The notes under the pieces: generated by a model
The model's input: the letters and a program-made list of their open reading frames with translations, nothing else
Databases searched by the model: none
Told to the model about the DNA's origin: nothing
Translations under genes and position numbers: made by a program
Assembly (NCBI GenBank): GCA_964016885.1
Contig: OZ024741.1
Coordinates: 101,184,001-101,248,000, forward strand
Direction of reading: 5' to 3'
From: Eledone cirrhosa
Taxonomy: Eukaryota
DNA length: 64,000 nt
Shown: piece after piece, positions 23,516 through 34,798 of the stretch
Numbering within the stretch: position 1 is the first letter of the stretch
Layout: every line of letters begins with the position of its first letter

Positions 23516-23527
23516 TCTGACAGTTTC
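23380..23527 (-). CDS. Macro-TIR gene, first coding exon (likely ATG at 23515): MGLKTVETLSLSTMHGLCQIELLLGDITSYKEKDKVDLLIVSAFP
   Basis: ttcag acceptor, gtaagt donor, strong Kozak context agaATGG, Macro GDIT motif. Confidence 0.88.
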
Positions 23528-23847
23528 CTGAATAATATAAAAAAGAAGAAAAGATTGAAAGCCAGATTAATTAATTGGAACACTGATACACAGCATCCAT
23601 GAAAATATATTTGTAAACACACAGCATGTATGAAAACATATTTGTAAACAGAGTTACAACCATTCATTAAACTTTTTTGAAACTAACTTGAAACCCACTG
23701 AAACAGTCCTTGTTTTTATGATATAAAGCCATTTATTTTAAAGTGTTTATAAATATATATTATAATTAGATTAAATCTATACATATATAATGTATATTGG
23801 TTAAGTTACTCAACAAAGGAAGCTCAATGAACAGTAAGCTCAGAACA

Positions 23848-25160
23848 TATCATCATCATCATTTTACATCCGTTTTTCCCTGCTTCCAAGGGTGGGATGG
23901 GTCCTATTCAGCACAGCATCTCTCCACTTGTCACGGTCCTTCGTCATCTCCTCTGTGAGGTTCAGCGATCTGAGGTCCGCTCTCATCACATCCGCCATGT
24001 TTTTCATGGTCTTCCTTTACTGGGATTTCTTGGCACTTGTTTACCCAGCAGTCATCCTCCATGCGCATCACATGTCCATACCATCGCAGTCTTCTCTCCT
24101 GCACATTACAACTTATTCCTCTTATACACAGTTTCTCTCTCAACTCATCTATGCTTGGTTGTTCACGCACATTGACATTGTACATCCAACGGAGCATACT
24201 TGCTTCATTTCTCTCCAGCCGTTGCATATCCTCTGCAGTTGCTGCCCATGTCTCACTACCATGCAGCATCGCGCATCTCACACAGGCATCATATAACCGG
24301 CCTTTCATACGCAGGGAGAAACCCTTCTTTGTCGACAGAGGAAGCAACTCCCTAAACTTCTTCCAACCCATCCTTATTTTAGATACTATGGCCTTGGAAC
24401 ACCCTCCTCCCATGCTAATCTGATCACCTAAGTACCGGAAGCTATCAACCACTTCTATAGAACCTACCTGCTTTTGAAAAATGTGTCTATCACTGTGTCC
24501 TACTGTCAAATTTCCCTGTACATATACTGCATACATAGTTTTCCCTACCTGTTAGTTTGCCTGCTATCCCACTACATCTCTTGTGTACCCAAGATCTGCA
24601 TTGTGTACATTTTATAGAGTTTATGCCAGCTCCTTTTCTACATATCGAACATTGTCATTTCCCTGACGGAATCAGAGTTTTGTCCTCTTTTCTACTTATC
24701 AACACTTTTGTCTTAACTAGGTTCACTCTCAGTCCTCTTGATTCCAACGGCTGTTTGCATAGCCAGAATTTATTCTCTAGCTCCTCTACTGATTCTGATA
24801 TAAGAACCAGACTGTCAGCATAGAGAAGTTCCCATGGACAGCCAGTCTTAAACTCCTCTCTTATGGCTTGGAGGACTATAATGAACAAGAGTGTACTGAA
24901 TTCCTCACTAAACTCCACTCCTACCCTCACTTTACTGACAGCACCTCTGTACATAGCTTGCACTGTCCTAACAAGCCATTCCTCTACACCTAGTTTCCTT
25001 AGGGACCACCAGTTGACAGATCGGGGTACCCTATCAAAGGCCTTCTCTAGGTCAACAAAAGCTAAGTATAGTGGCTTATTCTTCTCTAAGAACCTCTCTT
25101 GTAGTTGTCTCACTAAGAAGAGGGCATCTGTTGTACTTTTCCCAGGCACAAAACCATAAC
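23848..25160 (-). mobile_element. 5'-truncated, degenerate RTE-clade LINE
   Basis: PGKSTTDALFLVRQLQE...FVDLEKAFDRV...LLYAD, YLGD, RRLRWYGHV; (GAT)n tail at 23848-23862. Confidence 0.92.
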
Positions 25161-25164
25161 TTTG

Positions 25165-25920
25165 TGCATAATTTATATAAATTTAAACAATATACAAAAA
25201 AGTCTTTAATATATCTAATTGAGATCCCACTAATATCATGTACATATAATAAGTAATAAAAATACTTGCTCATAGAAATAATCAAACCAAGATTGTCTAA
25301 AGTTCACTTATACAGCCGTTTTATGATAAATTCCAAAATATGATGCCTATAACCGATCTAATGATTGGGCTTAATCACCAATCATCGATCTTAGTAACAA
25401 GCATCATCAAGACCAGGAAGCATCATTCATCAGTAAGTGTTTAAGGTCTTATTATATATATCTCACTCTGTACATTAAATAATCTACTGCCTAATGAAGA
25501 TGATCAAATAAAACCAATATCTCCCAAAAGACATCATATCGTGGAATTTATCATAAAATGGCCTTATAAGTGAACTTATGACAATCTTGCTTTGATTCTT
25601 TGTAGGAGTATATTAATTATTTATCATTATATCTATGGGCGGTAGATTGGCAGTATCGGTAGAGAGTCGGACACGGACACCATGCTTTGAAGCATAGTTA
25701 CGTCCCTTTATGATCTGAGTTCAAATTCCGCTGAGGTTAACTTTGCCTTTCATCCTTACTGGGTCGATAAAATAAAGTACCAGTAATGTACTGGGTAATT
25801 GCTGGCCTTGTGCCAAAAGTAGAAACAATTATATCTATGTACATGATTCTAATTGTTCCTCAACTAGATATATGAAAGAGACTGTTTTTGTATATTGTTT
25901 AAATTTGTATATATATATAT
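25165..25920. mobile_element. Foldback/MITE-like element with long imperfect inverted arms, interrupted by a SINE
   Basis: 25170-25350 is the reverse complement of 25530-25637 plus 25840-25915 (e.g. GTTCACTTATA..GCC.TTTTATGATAAATTCCA vs TGGAATTTATCATAAAATGGCCTTATAAGTGAAC). Confidence 0.75.
25638..25827 (+). mobile_element. tRNA-derived SINE with 12-bp TSD
   Basis: A/B boxes (TGGCAGTATCGG, GAGTTCAAATTCC); TSD ATTATATCTATG at 25626-25637 and 25828-25839. Confidence 0.87.
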
Positions 25921-26104
25921 ATAAAGTATTTCCATAGAAAAGGTAAAAGCAGGAAGAGTGCTCTATGTATGGGACAGAGCTATTTAATTATGTAATTAAA
26001 TTTAATATAAATTTTCCTTTCTGATAAACGACTTTGAACGCCTCTGTTGAGGTCGCCTGTCTTCATGAAACATTTGGTAAATGGAATAATTGTATTGTGT
26101 TGTT

Positions 26105-27715
26105 TAGAGGCACCACTGATGCCTTCTTCCTTGTGAGGCAGTTACAGGAAAAGTACCTAGCTAAAAGTAAGCCACTCTACCTGGCATTCGTCGATCTTGA
26201 GAAAGCTTTTGACAGAGTTCCATGTGCTGTAATCTGGTGGGATCTTAGAAAACTAGGAGTAGATGAATGGCTTGTGAAAGCTGTACAAGCCATGTATAGA
26301 GCAGTCAGCAAAGTTAGGATTAGCAATGAGTATAGCGAGGAATTTAACGTACAGGTTGGGGTTCACCAGGGCTCTGTTCTTAGCCCCCTCCTGTTCATCA
26401 TAGTCCTGCAGGCAATAACGGAGGAGTTTAAGACCGGATGCCCATGGGAACTCCTGTATGCTGATGACCTCGCACTTATAGCTGAATCTATGGTAGAACT
26501 AGAGAAGAAATTCCAAACTTGGAAGCAGGGACTAGAAAGAAAGGGTCTCAAAGTCAACATGACAAAGACTAAGGTCCTTGTAAGTAGACGAGAAGACAGA
26601 AGCCAGATCCCCTCAGGCAAATGGCCTTGCTCAGTATGTAGGAAAGGTGTAGGTAGGAACTCCATTCTCTGCCCCAAATGCAAACAATGGGTACACAAGA
26701 GATGTAGCAGGATCTCAGAAAGCTTAATTAAGAATGTAGGCTTCACATGCAGCAGCTGTGCTGGGACAGCAAGCAGCAAACAGCCACAGGAAACAAGTAC
26801 CACCAATCTCTGGGAGGGCTCTGTAGAAACAGTAGACAGCTTCTGCTACTTAGGTGACCGAATTAGCAGTGGAGGTGGGTGTTCAGAAAGTACAATAACT
26901 AGGGTAAGATCGGGATGGAATAAGTTTAGGGAACTACTACCACTGCTAGCTGCAAAAGGCTTCTCCCTCAAAATGAAAGGCAGACTGTATGATGCGTGTA
27001 TCCGAACAGCGATGTTGCATGGTAGTGAAACCTGGGCGCTGAAGGTGGAAGACTTACATAGATTAGAGAGAAACGAAGCCTGCATGCTCCGATGGATGTG
27101 TAATAGTAATATACACGAACGACAAAGCATAAATGAATTGAGAGAGAGAGACTGAGCATAAGAGGAATCAAATGCTGTGTGCAGGAGAGGCGGTTGCGTT
27201 GGTTTGGACATGTGATGCGTATGAAGGATGACAGCTGCATAAAAAGGTGCAGAGCACTAGAAGTCGATGGAAACTGCGGAGTGGGGAGACCCAAGATGAC
27301 CTGGGATGAGGTGATAAAAGCCGACCTTACCCAATTACACCTCTCAAAGATGATGACACACGACCGTGACCTCTGGCGTCACGCAGTAATACAGAGTACC
27401 CGACCTCCCATGGGTACAAGCTGAAGCATATAGACAATATGCCCCCCCCCCCCCACTGCAAGGTGGACGTGGAGGTGCCACGGCAAAAAAGCACCCAGCC
27501 CACACTGTAAAGTGGACGTGGAGGCGCCACGAAAAAGCACCCAGCATTCACTGTAAATGAGGTTGGTGTTAGGAAGGGCATCCAGCTGTAGAAATCAAGC
27601 CAAATCAGTTCCTGTATGAGCAAGGCATGGTCAGCCGCCAGACACTGCCCACAACTGGACAACCCGTCTAACCCATGCTAGTGTGGAAGAACGGACGTAA
27701 AACGGTGATGATGAT
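26105..27715 (+). mobile_element. 5'-truncated RTE-clade LINE (RT, internal Cys/His finger, C-terminus, 3' UTR)
   Basis: RGTTDAFFLVRQLQE, GVHQGSVLSP, LLYADD, YLGD; one frameshift near 27150; GATGATGAT tail. Confidence 0.95.
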
Positions 27716-27720
27716 TATGC

Positions 27721-28385
27721 TCTGTAGAAATAGTAGACAGCTTCTGCTACCTAGGTGACCGAATTAGCAGCGGGAAGTGGGTGTTCGGAAAGTACAATAA
27801 CTAGGGTAAGAACGGGATGGAAGAAATTCAGGGAGCTACTGCCACTGCTAGCTGCAAAAGGCTTTTCCCTCAAAATGAAAGGCAGACTGTATGATGCGTG
27901 TATATGAACAGCAATGTTATGTGGTAGTGAAACCTGGGCGCTGTCTGTCGAAGACTTGCGTAGATTAGAAAGAAATGAAGCCTGCATGCTTCGATGGATG
28001 TGTAATAGTAATATACGCGAACGGCAAAGCATAAACGAATTGAGAGAGAGACTGAGCATAAGAGGAACCAAATGCTGTATGCAGAAGAGGGGGTTGCGTT
28101 GGTATGGACATGTGATGCGTATGAAGGATGACAGCTGCATATAGACAATATTCCCCCACACCCTCCCACTGCAAAGTGGTCGTGGAGGTGCCACGGCAAA
28201 AAAGCACCCAGCGCACACTGTAAATGAGGTTGGTGTTAGGAAGGGCATCCAGCTGTAGAAATCAAACCAGAATCAGTTCCCGTATGAGCAAGGCATGGTC
28301 AGCCGACCAGCTACTGCCCACAACAGGACAGGACAACCCATCTAACCCATGCTAGCGTGGAAGAACGGACGTAAAACAATGATGA

Positions 28386-28390
<5 letters not shown>
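27721..28390 (+). mobile_element. Second, shorter copy of the same RTE LINE 3' end with an internal deletion
   Basis: Close match to 26820-27240 joined directly to the 27429-27715 equivalent. Confidence 0.9.
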
Positions 28391-28423
<33 letters not shown>

Positions 28424-28424
28424 T

Positions 28425-29640
28425 CATCAAAACCAACAAATACACAAGGAAGTGGCTTGGTGTCCCACCAGGTCTCACTGATGTTACACCCTATTACTGC
28501 CAGGCCAAGCTGATGCTACCCCACAAATCCATCATTGAGGAGTACAAAGTCAGAAAAGCACGGCTCTTAACCATGCTTGAGAACTTGTAAGACTAGGTCA
28601 TGTGTGGTCAATCCGGCCCAAAATGGAAGGCCCAGGAGGCAGTAGGTGCAGCAAAAGAAAGCCTTATGATCAAAGATATAATGGGACACACTCAGGCGAA
28701 TAGGCAAGGACTGGGCATAACAAAAATAGAATGGTGGTCAGAAGCCAGGGAAAAGATGAGGAGAGTTATGATTTTGCAAGACAAGAAGAAAGAAGAGGAT
28801 TCCAGAAAAGTCCAGAAGGCAGTGCAGCAGAGCTAACAGGGCCAGTGGATGACGTGGGAAGGTGCAGTGCAGAAGTGTCTCAGTTGGAATGATTTGTGGC
28901 ACCTCTCAGAATCAGTTTTCTCCACAAATCTGTCTATGACCTCCTGTCCTCGAATATAAATTTAGTCAAGTGGGGCAAATCAGATAACCCTAAGTACTCA
29001 CTCTGCCAGGGTAGACAGACAGTGGAACACGTTCTGAGCTCATGCAGAGTAGCGCGAGCCCAGGATAGATATATGTGGAGACAATCAAGTGCTGAAGGAG
29101 AATTTTCATGTGATAAGTATGACAAAAGTAAAACCCATAGTATGAGAATCTCCAACAACATTCTATATGGCAGGAGGCAGCAAATCATGGCCAGGAACAG
29201 CTATACCGTACAGAGCACGGGGATCGAGTTTTCTGGGTGGTGCAGATGACAGAGTGTACAGCAGACCTCTCGAGGTCAGCAAAACAACCAGAAATCATCA
29301 GAAAGAGTGGTTTGAGGCTAGATATTGTATTCCAGTTCATTAAAACAGCAGATTTTAATTGAACTTACCATGCCATTTGAAAATATATTAGAAAAAGCAC
29401 ATGTAAAATACACCAGTTTGGCCAACAGCCCGATGGAAGCTGATTTCCAAGTTCTCGCCATAGAGGTTGGAGCTAGAGGCTTTGAGGGCAAATTTGCCTA
29501 TAATCTCATGAAATAACTTTCAGTCTCTGGGCAGACAAGGACCAAAGCTCTAAAGGCAATATCAGAGGTAACAGAAAGGAGTTCCAGTAGAATCTGGCCG
29601 AGAAGAACAAAAATAACCTCCATACATGTGAGAGGCATCG
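28425..29640 (+). mobile_element. Degenerate HERO/NeSL-like RLE non-LTR retrotransposon fragment
   Basis: QQGQWMTWE, APLRISFL.KSVYDLL, LCQGRQTVEHVLSSC knuckle, KQQILIELTMPFE and AIEVGARGF endonuclease motifs; stops and frameshifts. Confidence 0.8.
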
Positions 29641-30845
29641 TGTTTGAATTTTAATGCACACTAGAGGGAGTAACTCTGAGTCAGTCGTGGTTTGTTATGT
29701 TGGTGGCAGCACCAGTGATACTGTTGACATCTCACCACTACCATGACTACCAGCGTTATTTTTCCAATTCAAGAAAGCGCTTAAATATAAGTTTGAAAGC
29801 AGAGGCAACAGAGAGGAATTCCAACTAGATCCTGTCAACAAAATCTCCACATGGTTTAAATACACAGCAAGTCTCTGATTTCCAAATGGCTAAATGTCAG
29901 CAGAAGGACACCCAGGAGTCATGACCTGGATACAGCCCAGCCCCCTTTGAGTGTAAGAAGTTAAGGGCCGTAACACTTGCTTGAGGGGGTTCTTCTCTGA
30001 AGACCTTCTGCTGTCCAGCTCTCCTGAGAGTTTCTTACCACTAGAGTCTACAACAAAATATCTATACCATATATAATATATCTTGCTTACAGCTAAGTTC
30101 TGAGGTCATTTGAGATATCTTCATATTTCATTATATTATATATAAACTAAAAAAAAAAAGATGTGGACACAGCTTGGCCGAATGGTTTAAGAAGCTCGCT
30201 TCACAATCATTAGGTCTTGAGTTCAATCCCATTGTGTGACCTCACAAGTCTTATTTATCACAGCCCTAAGTCAACCCGAGCCTTGAAAGCTTGTCAGATG
30301 GACTGTAACTGTAATTCACACACTGAATCATCATCATCGTTTAACATCCATTTTTTGTACTTGTATGGGTGAGATGGGTTGTCACGTTATGAGACAATTC
30401 AAGTCAGATGACCATGTTTTGTTCATATGGAGCTCATACGTAACCATGTTACAATGTGGACTGGGTGCTTTTTATGGTGGCACCAAAATGACCAGACTGG
30501 GTGCTTTGTTGTAGCACCAGATCACCCTTAATACATATTTCCATTGAGATGTGGTTAGCCCTTAATGAGCCCTAATCGAATAAACCTATGATGAAAGGCG
30601 TTCCAGCAATGACGAGGCTCATGTAAAGCTAGCAAAGGACCCAAACCAAATGTAAAATATAGCTCCCATCCCCCAAAGCAGTTGTGTAGCTAGAGTTTGT
30701 GCCGTCCAGTGCTGGATTCCTACAAGCTAAATAATGTGTAGCTTAGAGGCACACTCTCTCAGGGCCTCATTTAAAAAAATATATTTTTTAATTTTATCAT
30801 TAGTTTTTAATCTTTAACACTAAATTGTCAAAAATGTATATAATA

Positions 30846-31715
30846 CTAGCAGAATGACCAGGCTTTGCTCGGGATTCTAAACATAGATTGGCATGTTTAT
30901 CCCTCCTTTCTGAAACAGTACAAAAAAGTACGGAATACCTCAGCCTTGCAGCCGTCAAATATTAGTTAGATTCCACTGACGATTCGTTTGCCCGCCTTGT
31001 TCTTTTTCTTGCCGCTTTCGCAGTATTTCGGCCAATGAAGTATCTCTTCCTTCGAGGCATGACCTAAAAGCAGTACGAAGTACACTAAGACTAACTGGTA
31101 GAGTAAGGAGTAAACTCGTCAGTGATGCATGTGATTTCCGAACTGTTGACTATGTAATTGCTGGCCTTGTACCAAAAGAAGTGGAACTTTTTGGGTGGCA
31201 TATCGGCAGTAACAATGACGATAAGCCGTCTGTGCTATGTGATGTAAATACATTTGTTTATATTTTGTTTTTGTGTATGCACAAATATATGTACACTAAT
31301 ATATAATTATATATATATATATATTAAAATAACAGATTAAAGTTTAAGCAAAGAATCGCTGCTTTCACCCTTAACGGGATCTTCTGAAACTAAAAAAATC
31401 ACTCAGTGAATGCAGAAGTAAATATCTCGAAAAACGTTGCAACCGAAGGAAAACAGGGAGATGATACTTTGGTTTGGGAAGACGTTTTCATAATGTCGTA
31501 ATGCAGACAGCCAGACATGCAGACAGATATTATAAGGGTGCGACGTTATAGTTATGTATCTATCTAAAAAGACAGACTAAGAAAGAGAGACCGATTGCTA
31601 ACCGGTGCCTAATGTGGTCCCTAGTGCATTGAAATATGTTTTGTTCAAAACACTCACAGGACCATAAGTATTACATGTGTAAAGTTTGAAAACAATCGGT
31701 TGGGTGGTTTTCTAC
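30846..31715 (-). mobile_element. Non-autonomous Helitron-like element (5'-truncated)
   Basis: Minus-strand 3' end CCCGAGCAAAGCCTGG...CTAG|T; 31500-31715 is the reverse complement of parts of 33095-33510. Confidence 0.55.
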
Positions 31716-32059
31716 ACACTGCTATCGAAGTGGGGTTGATTACCTACATGAGTGAAGCCCGCTAGTTAGTGTGGTTGTTTTAGTGCATCTCCATCACCAT
31801 CCTTCTGTCTGCTGGGAGCATGAGGCGAACTAACCCTTAAACAGTGAAATGTTAAATACGTTTAAAGAAAAATTTGTCATACCCAGCCTGATACAAATAA
31901 TTGTTTCTACTTTTGGCACAAGGCCAGTAATTACCCCAGTGCATTATTTTAAGTTAACCTCTGCAGGATTTGAACTCACACCGTAAAGGGGCGTAACTCT
32001 ATGTACAAAGCATGGTGTCCGACCCTTCTACCGATACTGCCAATCCACCACCCTTGATA

Positions 32060-33052
32060 TCTACTTATATATATAACCAGCAATTTCTCTGTCTGTCTGT
32101 CCGACAGTGGAAACACGTGCGTAGAGAGTGAGAGTGAAAGAAAGAGACAGACTACGAGAGGGGGATAGCGGGAGGGAGAGAGGGAGAGAGAGAGAGAGTG
32201 AATAGACGCTAAAACACGTGCTACAGAAATATTACCTTCCCCTTCCTTTCTCCACTTTGGTACTACCAAGAGAAACACTGTCGCTATAGAAACATTACCT
32301 TCCCCTCTCCACTGACTTTGGTCACTGAGGCCGAGGGAATCGCTGGTTGCTATAGAGACACCTTGCACAAGCCAGAAGTAACCAGTTCGAGGCGGTTCTG
32401 ACTTGACACCATGCAAAGAAGGTTGCCATTGAATTTGTGGTTTGAAGAAGGTTGCCATTGAATTTGTGGTTGTGGCTGCTGATAATAAGGACCATTTGAA
32501 GAAGGTTGCTGCTGATGAGGTAATTTATTAATCAGATTGCACAGTTCCATAACCTACGTTTGATTTGTTCAATTTTTTTCTTCAATTTTTTTTGTTGTTT
32601 TTTTTTATTTCTTATTGAAAAAATATAAATAATAAAATAAGGTTAGAAATTTAAATACAATTAAATACGATTTAATTTCCATTTCCAGCAGCCAATGTCC
32701 AGTGTTCAATTTCATGAAAAAATTGGAAATAATTCAAAAAATTGAAGTTTAACTTTTGAACATTTGTTTTGACAATAAAAAAATATTTTCTTATTCACAC
32801 TTAATGGTATGATTAAAATTTCATAGGAATATTTTTTTCTAACCGCCAGTTATTTATTTTCTCCTTTTAACATATATTTATTTCAAAGATTTCACCGTAT
32901 AGATAACATATATATTTATACATGCATAAAAGACACACCGAGAGACGGTGAACATGTGGTGCCGAAAACATTTCTCATCCAAATCTCAACAATATCAGTA
33001 TAGACACTAGATTTGCTAGCAGAAAACCGCCCACCGGGTGGTTTTCTGCTAG
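32060..33052 (+). mobile_element. Non-autonomous Helitron-like element
   Basis: A|TCTACTTATATATATAA 5' end with (GTCT)n; 3' hairpin ending CTAG. Confidence 0.55.
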
Positions 33053-34134
33053 TCTATATATATAAAACTGAGGATGTCTGTCTGTGTGTCTGTGAGAACC
33101 ACCCAACCGACTCTTTTCAAACTTTACATGTGTAATACTTGTTTCAGGGAGTGTTCTGAGCAAAATAAATTTCAAATTTTCAATGCCCTAGAGACCACAT
33201 TAGGCGATCTAGCGATCTCTCTCTATAATTCTTAGTCTTTCTCTTTTTAGATAGATACATACATATAACTGTTTCTACTTTTGGCACAAGGCCAGCAATT
33301 ACCCAGTGTATTACTGGTACTTTATTTTATCGACCCCATAAGGATGAAAGGCAAAGTTAACCTCAGCGGGATTTGAACTCAGAATGGCAAGGGCCGTAAC
33401 TCTATGCGTCAAAGCATGGCGTCCGACCCTCTACCGATACTGCCAATCCACTGGCCATAGCTACATACATATAACGTCGCGCACTTATATGTCTGTATGT
33501 CTGCATTACGTCACTTCCCTAAGGATGTCTGTGTGTGTGTGTCTGTGAGTTTGAATCCCTAAAACTCGAGAAGTAGCCAACCGACCTTTTTCAAACTTTA
33601 CATGTGTATTACTTATGTTTCAGGGAGTGTTGTGCACATACAATTCAACTTTTTGATCCCCTAGGGCCCGCATTAGTTGAAAAACTGCGTTTTTTCAGGT
33701 TTTTAGGGGGTTTTTTAGTCGTTACGTCAGACTGATTTCCTTGAAATTGTAACTATGTATTAGTCAGTCTCTTCTTCATACCGTGAGCAAAGAAAATCCA
33801 ACTTTTTTATGGCCTCGGGCCCGCATTAGGTGAAAAACTTCATTTTTGAAGCTTTTTAGGGATTTTTAGAGGCGTTACGTCTAGCCAATTTTCCCGAAAT
33901 TTCAAGGCATATTATGCACATAAAAAAAAATTCATTTTCTTGGACTCGCATTAGGTGAAAACCTGCATTTTTCCTGCTTCATCGAAGAAAATCTTAAAGA
34001 TTATCCAGCCATCAGAGTATTCAGTTTATTTTCTTTACATATTGTCCACGCATGCAGTTTTTCCACCATTAGATCTGTTGGCGGCCCACGTTCCAAAACA
34101 CCTTATCCCGTGCAACGCCGGGTACCACTGCTAG
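33053..34134 (+). mobile_element. Non-autonomous Helitron-like element containing a SINE (minus strand, ~33270-33457)
   Basis: 5' TCTATATATATAAAA; 3' CCCGTGCAACGCCGGG hairpin followed by CTAG|T; internal ~120-bp subrepeats at 33520-33970. Confidence 0.7.
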
Positions 34135-34237
34135 TAAATAATATAAATATGTTGTATTCCTAGATACAGAAAGTTTGAAATACGATAGTGCTTGGGGCAG
34201 TTGACATGAGCTTCAAGTTGTATTTTTTTAATGCTTT

Positions 34238-34798
34238 ATTGCTTTTAAATACACTATTTTTTTTTTTAGCTTTATTTTATCCAACAGGTTGTAAATAAAT
34301 GCGAAATTAAGTTTTCCAAGATATATTTCAAACTTAATGTACATATAAAAAAAAAAAATTTCTTTTTTCTTTATATTTTCCTATTTTACATTCCATTCTT
34401 TCTTGTCAATCTAAATTTTCTATTAAACCGTATTTACATGATATATTCCATAAATAAATAACATTTTTATAAACATTTATATAATAAACATGGTTTACAA
34501 AAGGAACATGGTATACACTATATGTTCATGTAATATACCTGTAATTCATACATAAATCATGTGTATTTTAGTCAACAATACTAAATACACATGATTTATG
34601 TATGAATTACAAGTATATACATGAACATATAGTGAATACCATGTTTCTTTGGTAAATCATGTTTATTATATACATTGTTTTTTATATGTACATCAAGTTT
34701 GAAATGCATATTGGAAAACTTGATTTCGCATTTATTTATAATCTGTTGGATAAAATAAAGCTAAAAAAAAAGAAGAAATTAACGTATTTAAAAGCAAC
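34238..34798. repeat. Long AT-rich palindrome (foldback)
   Basis: Inner arms ~34478-34572/34581-34672; outer arms ~34238-34357/34676-34798. Confidence 0.85.

Noticed and set aside
26034-27155. 373-aa RT ORF as a domesticated gene
   Set aside because: 5'-truncated LINE without endonuclease or a true ATG, frameshifted at the 3' end
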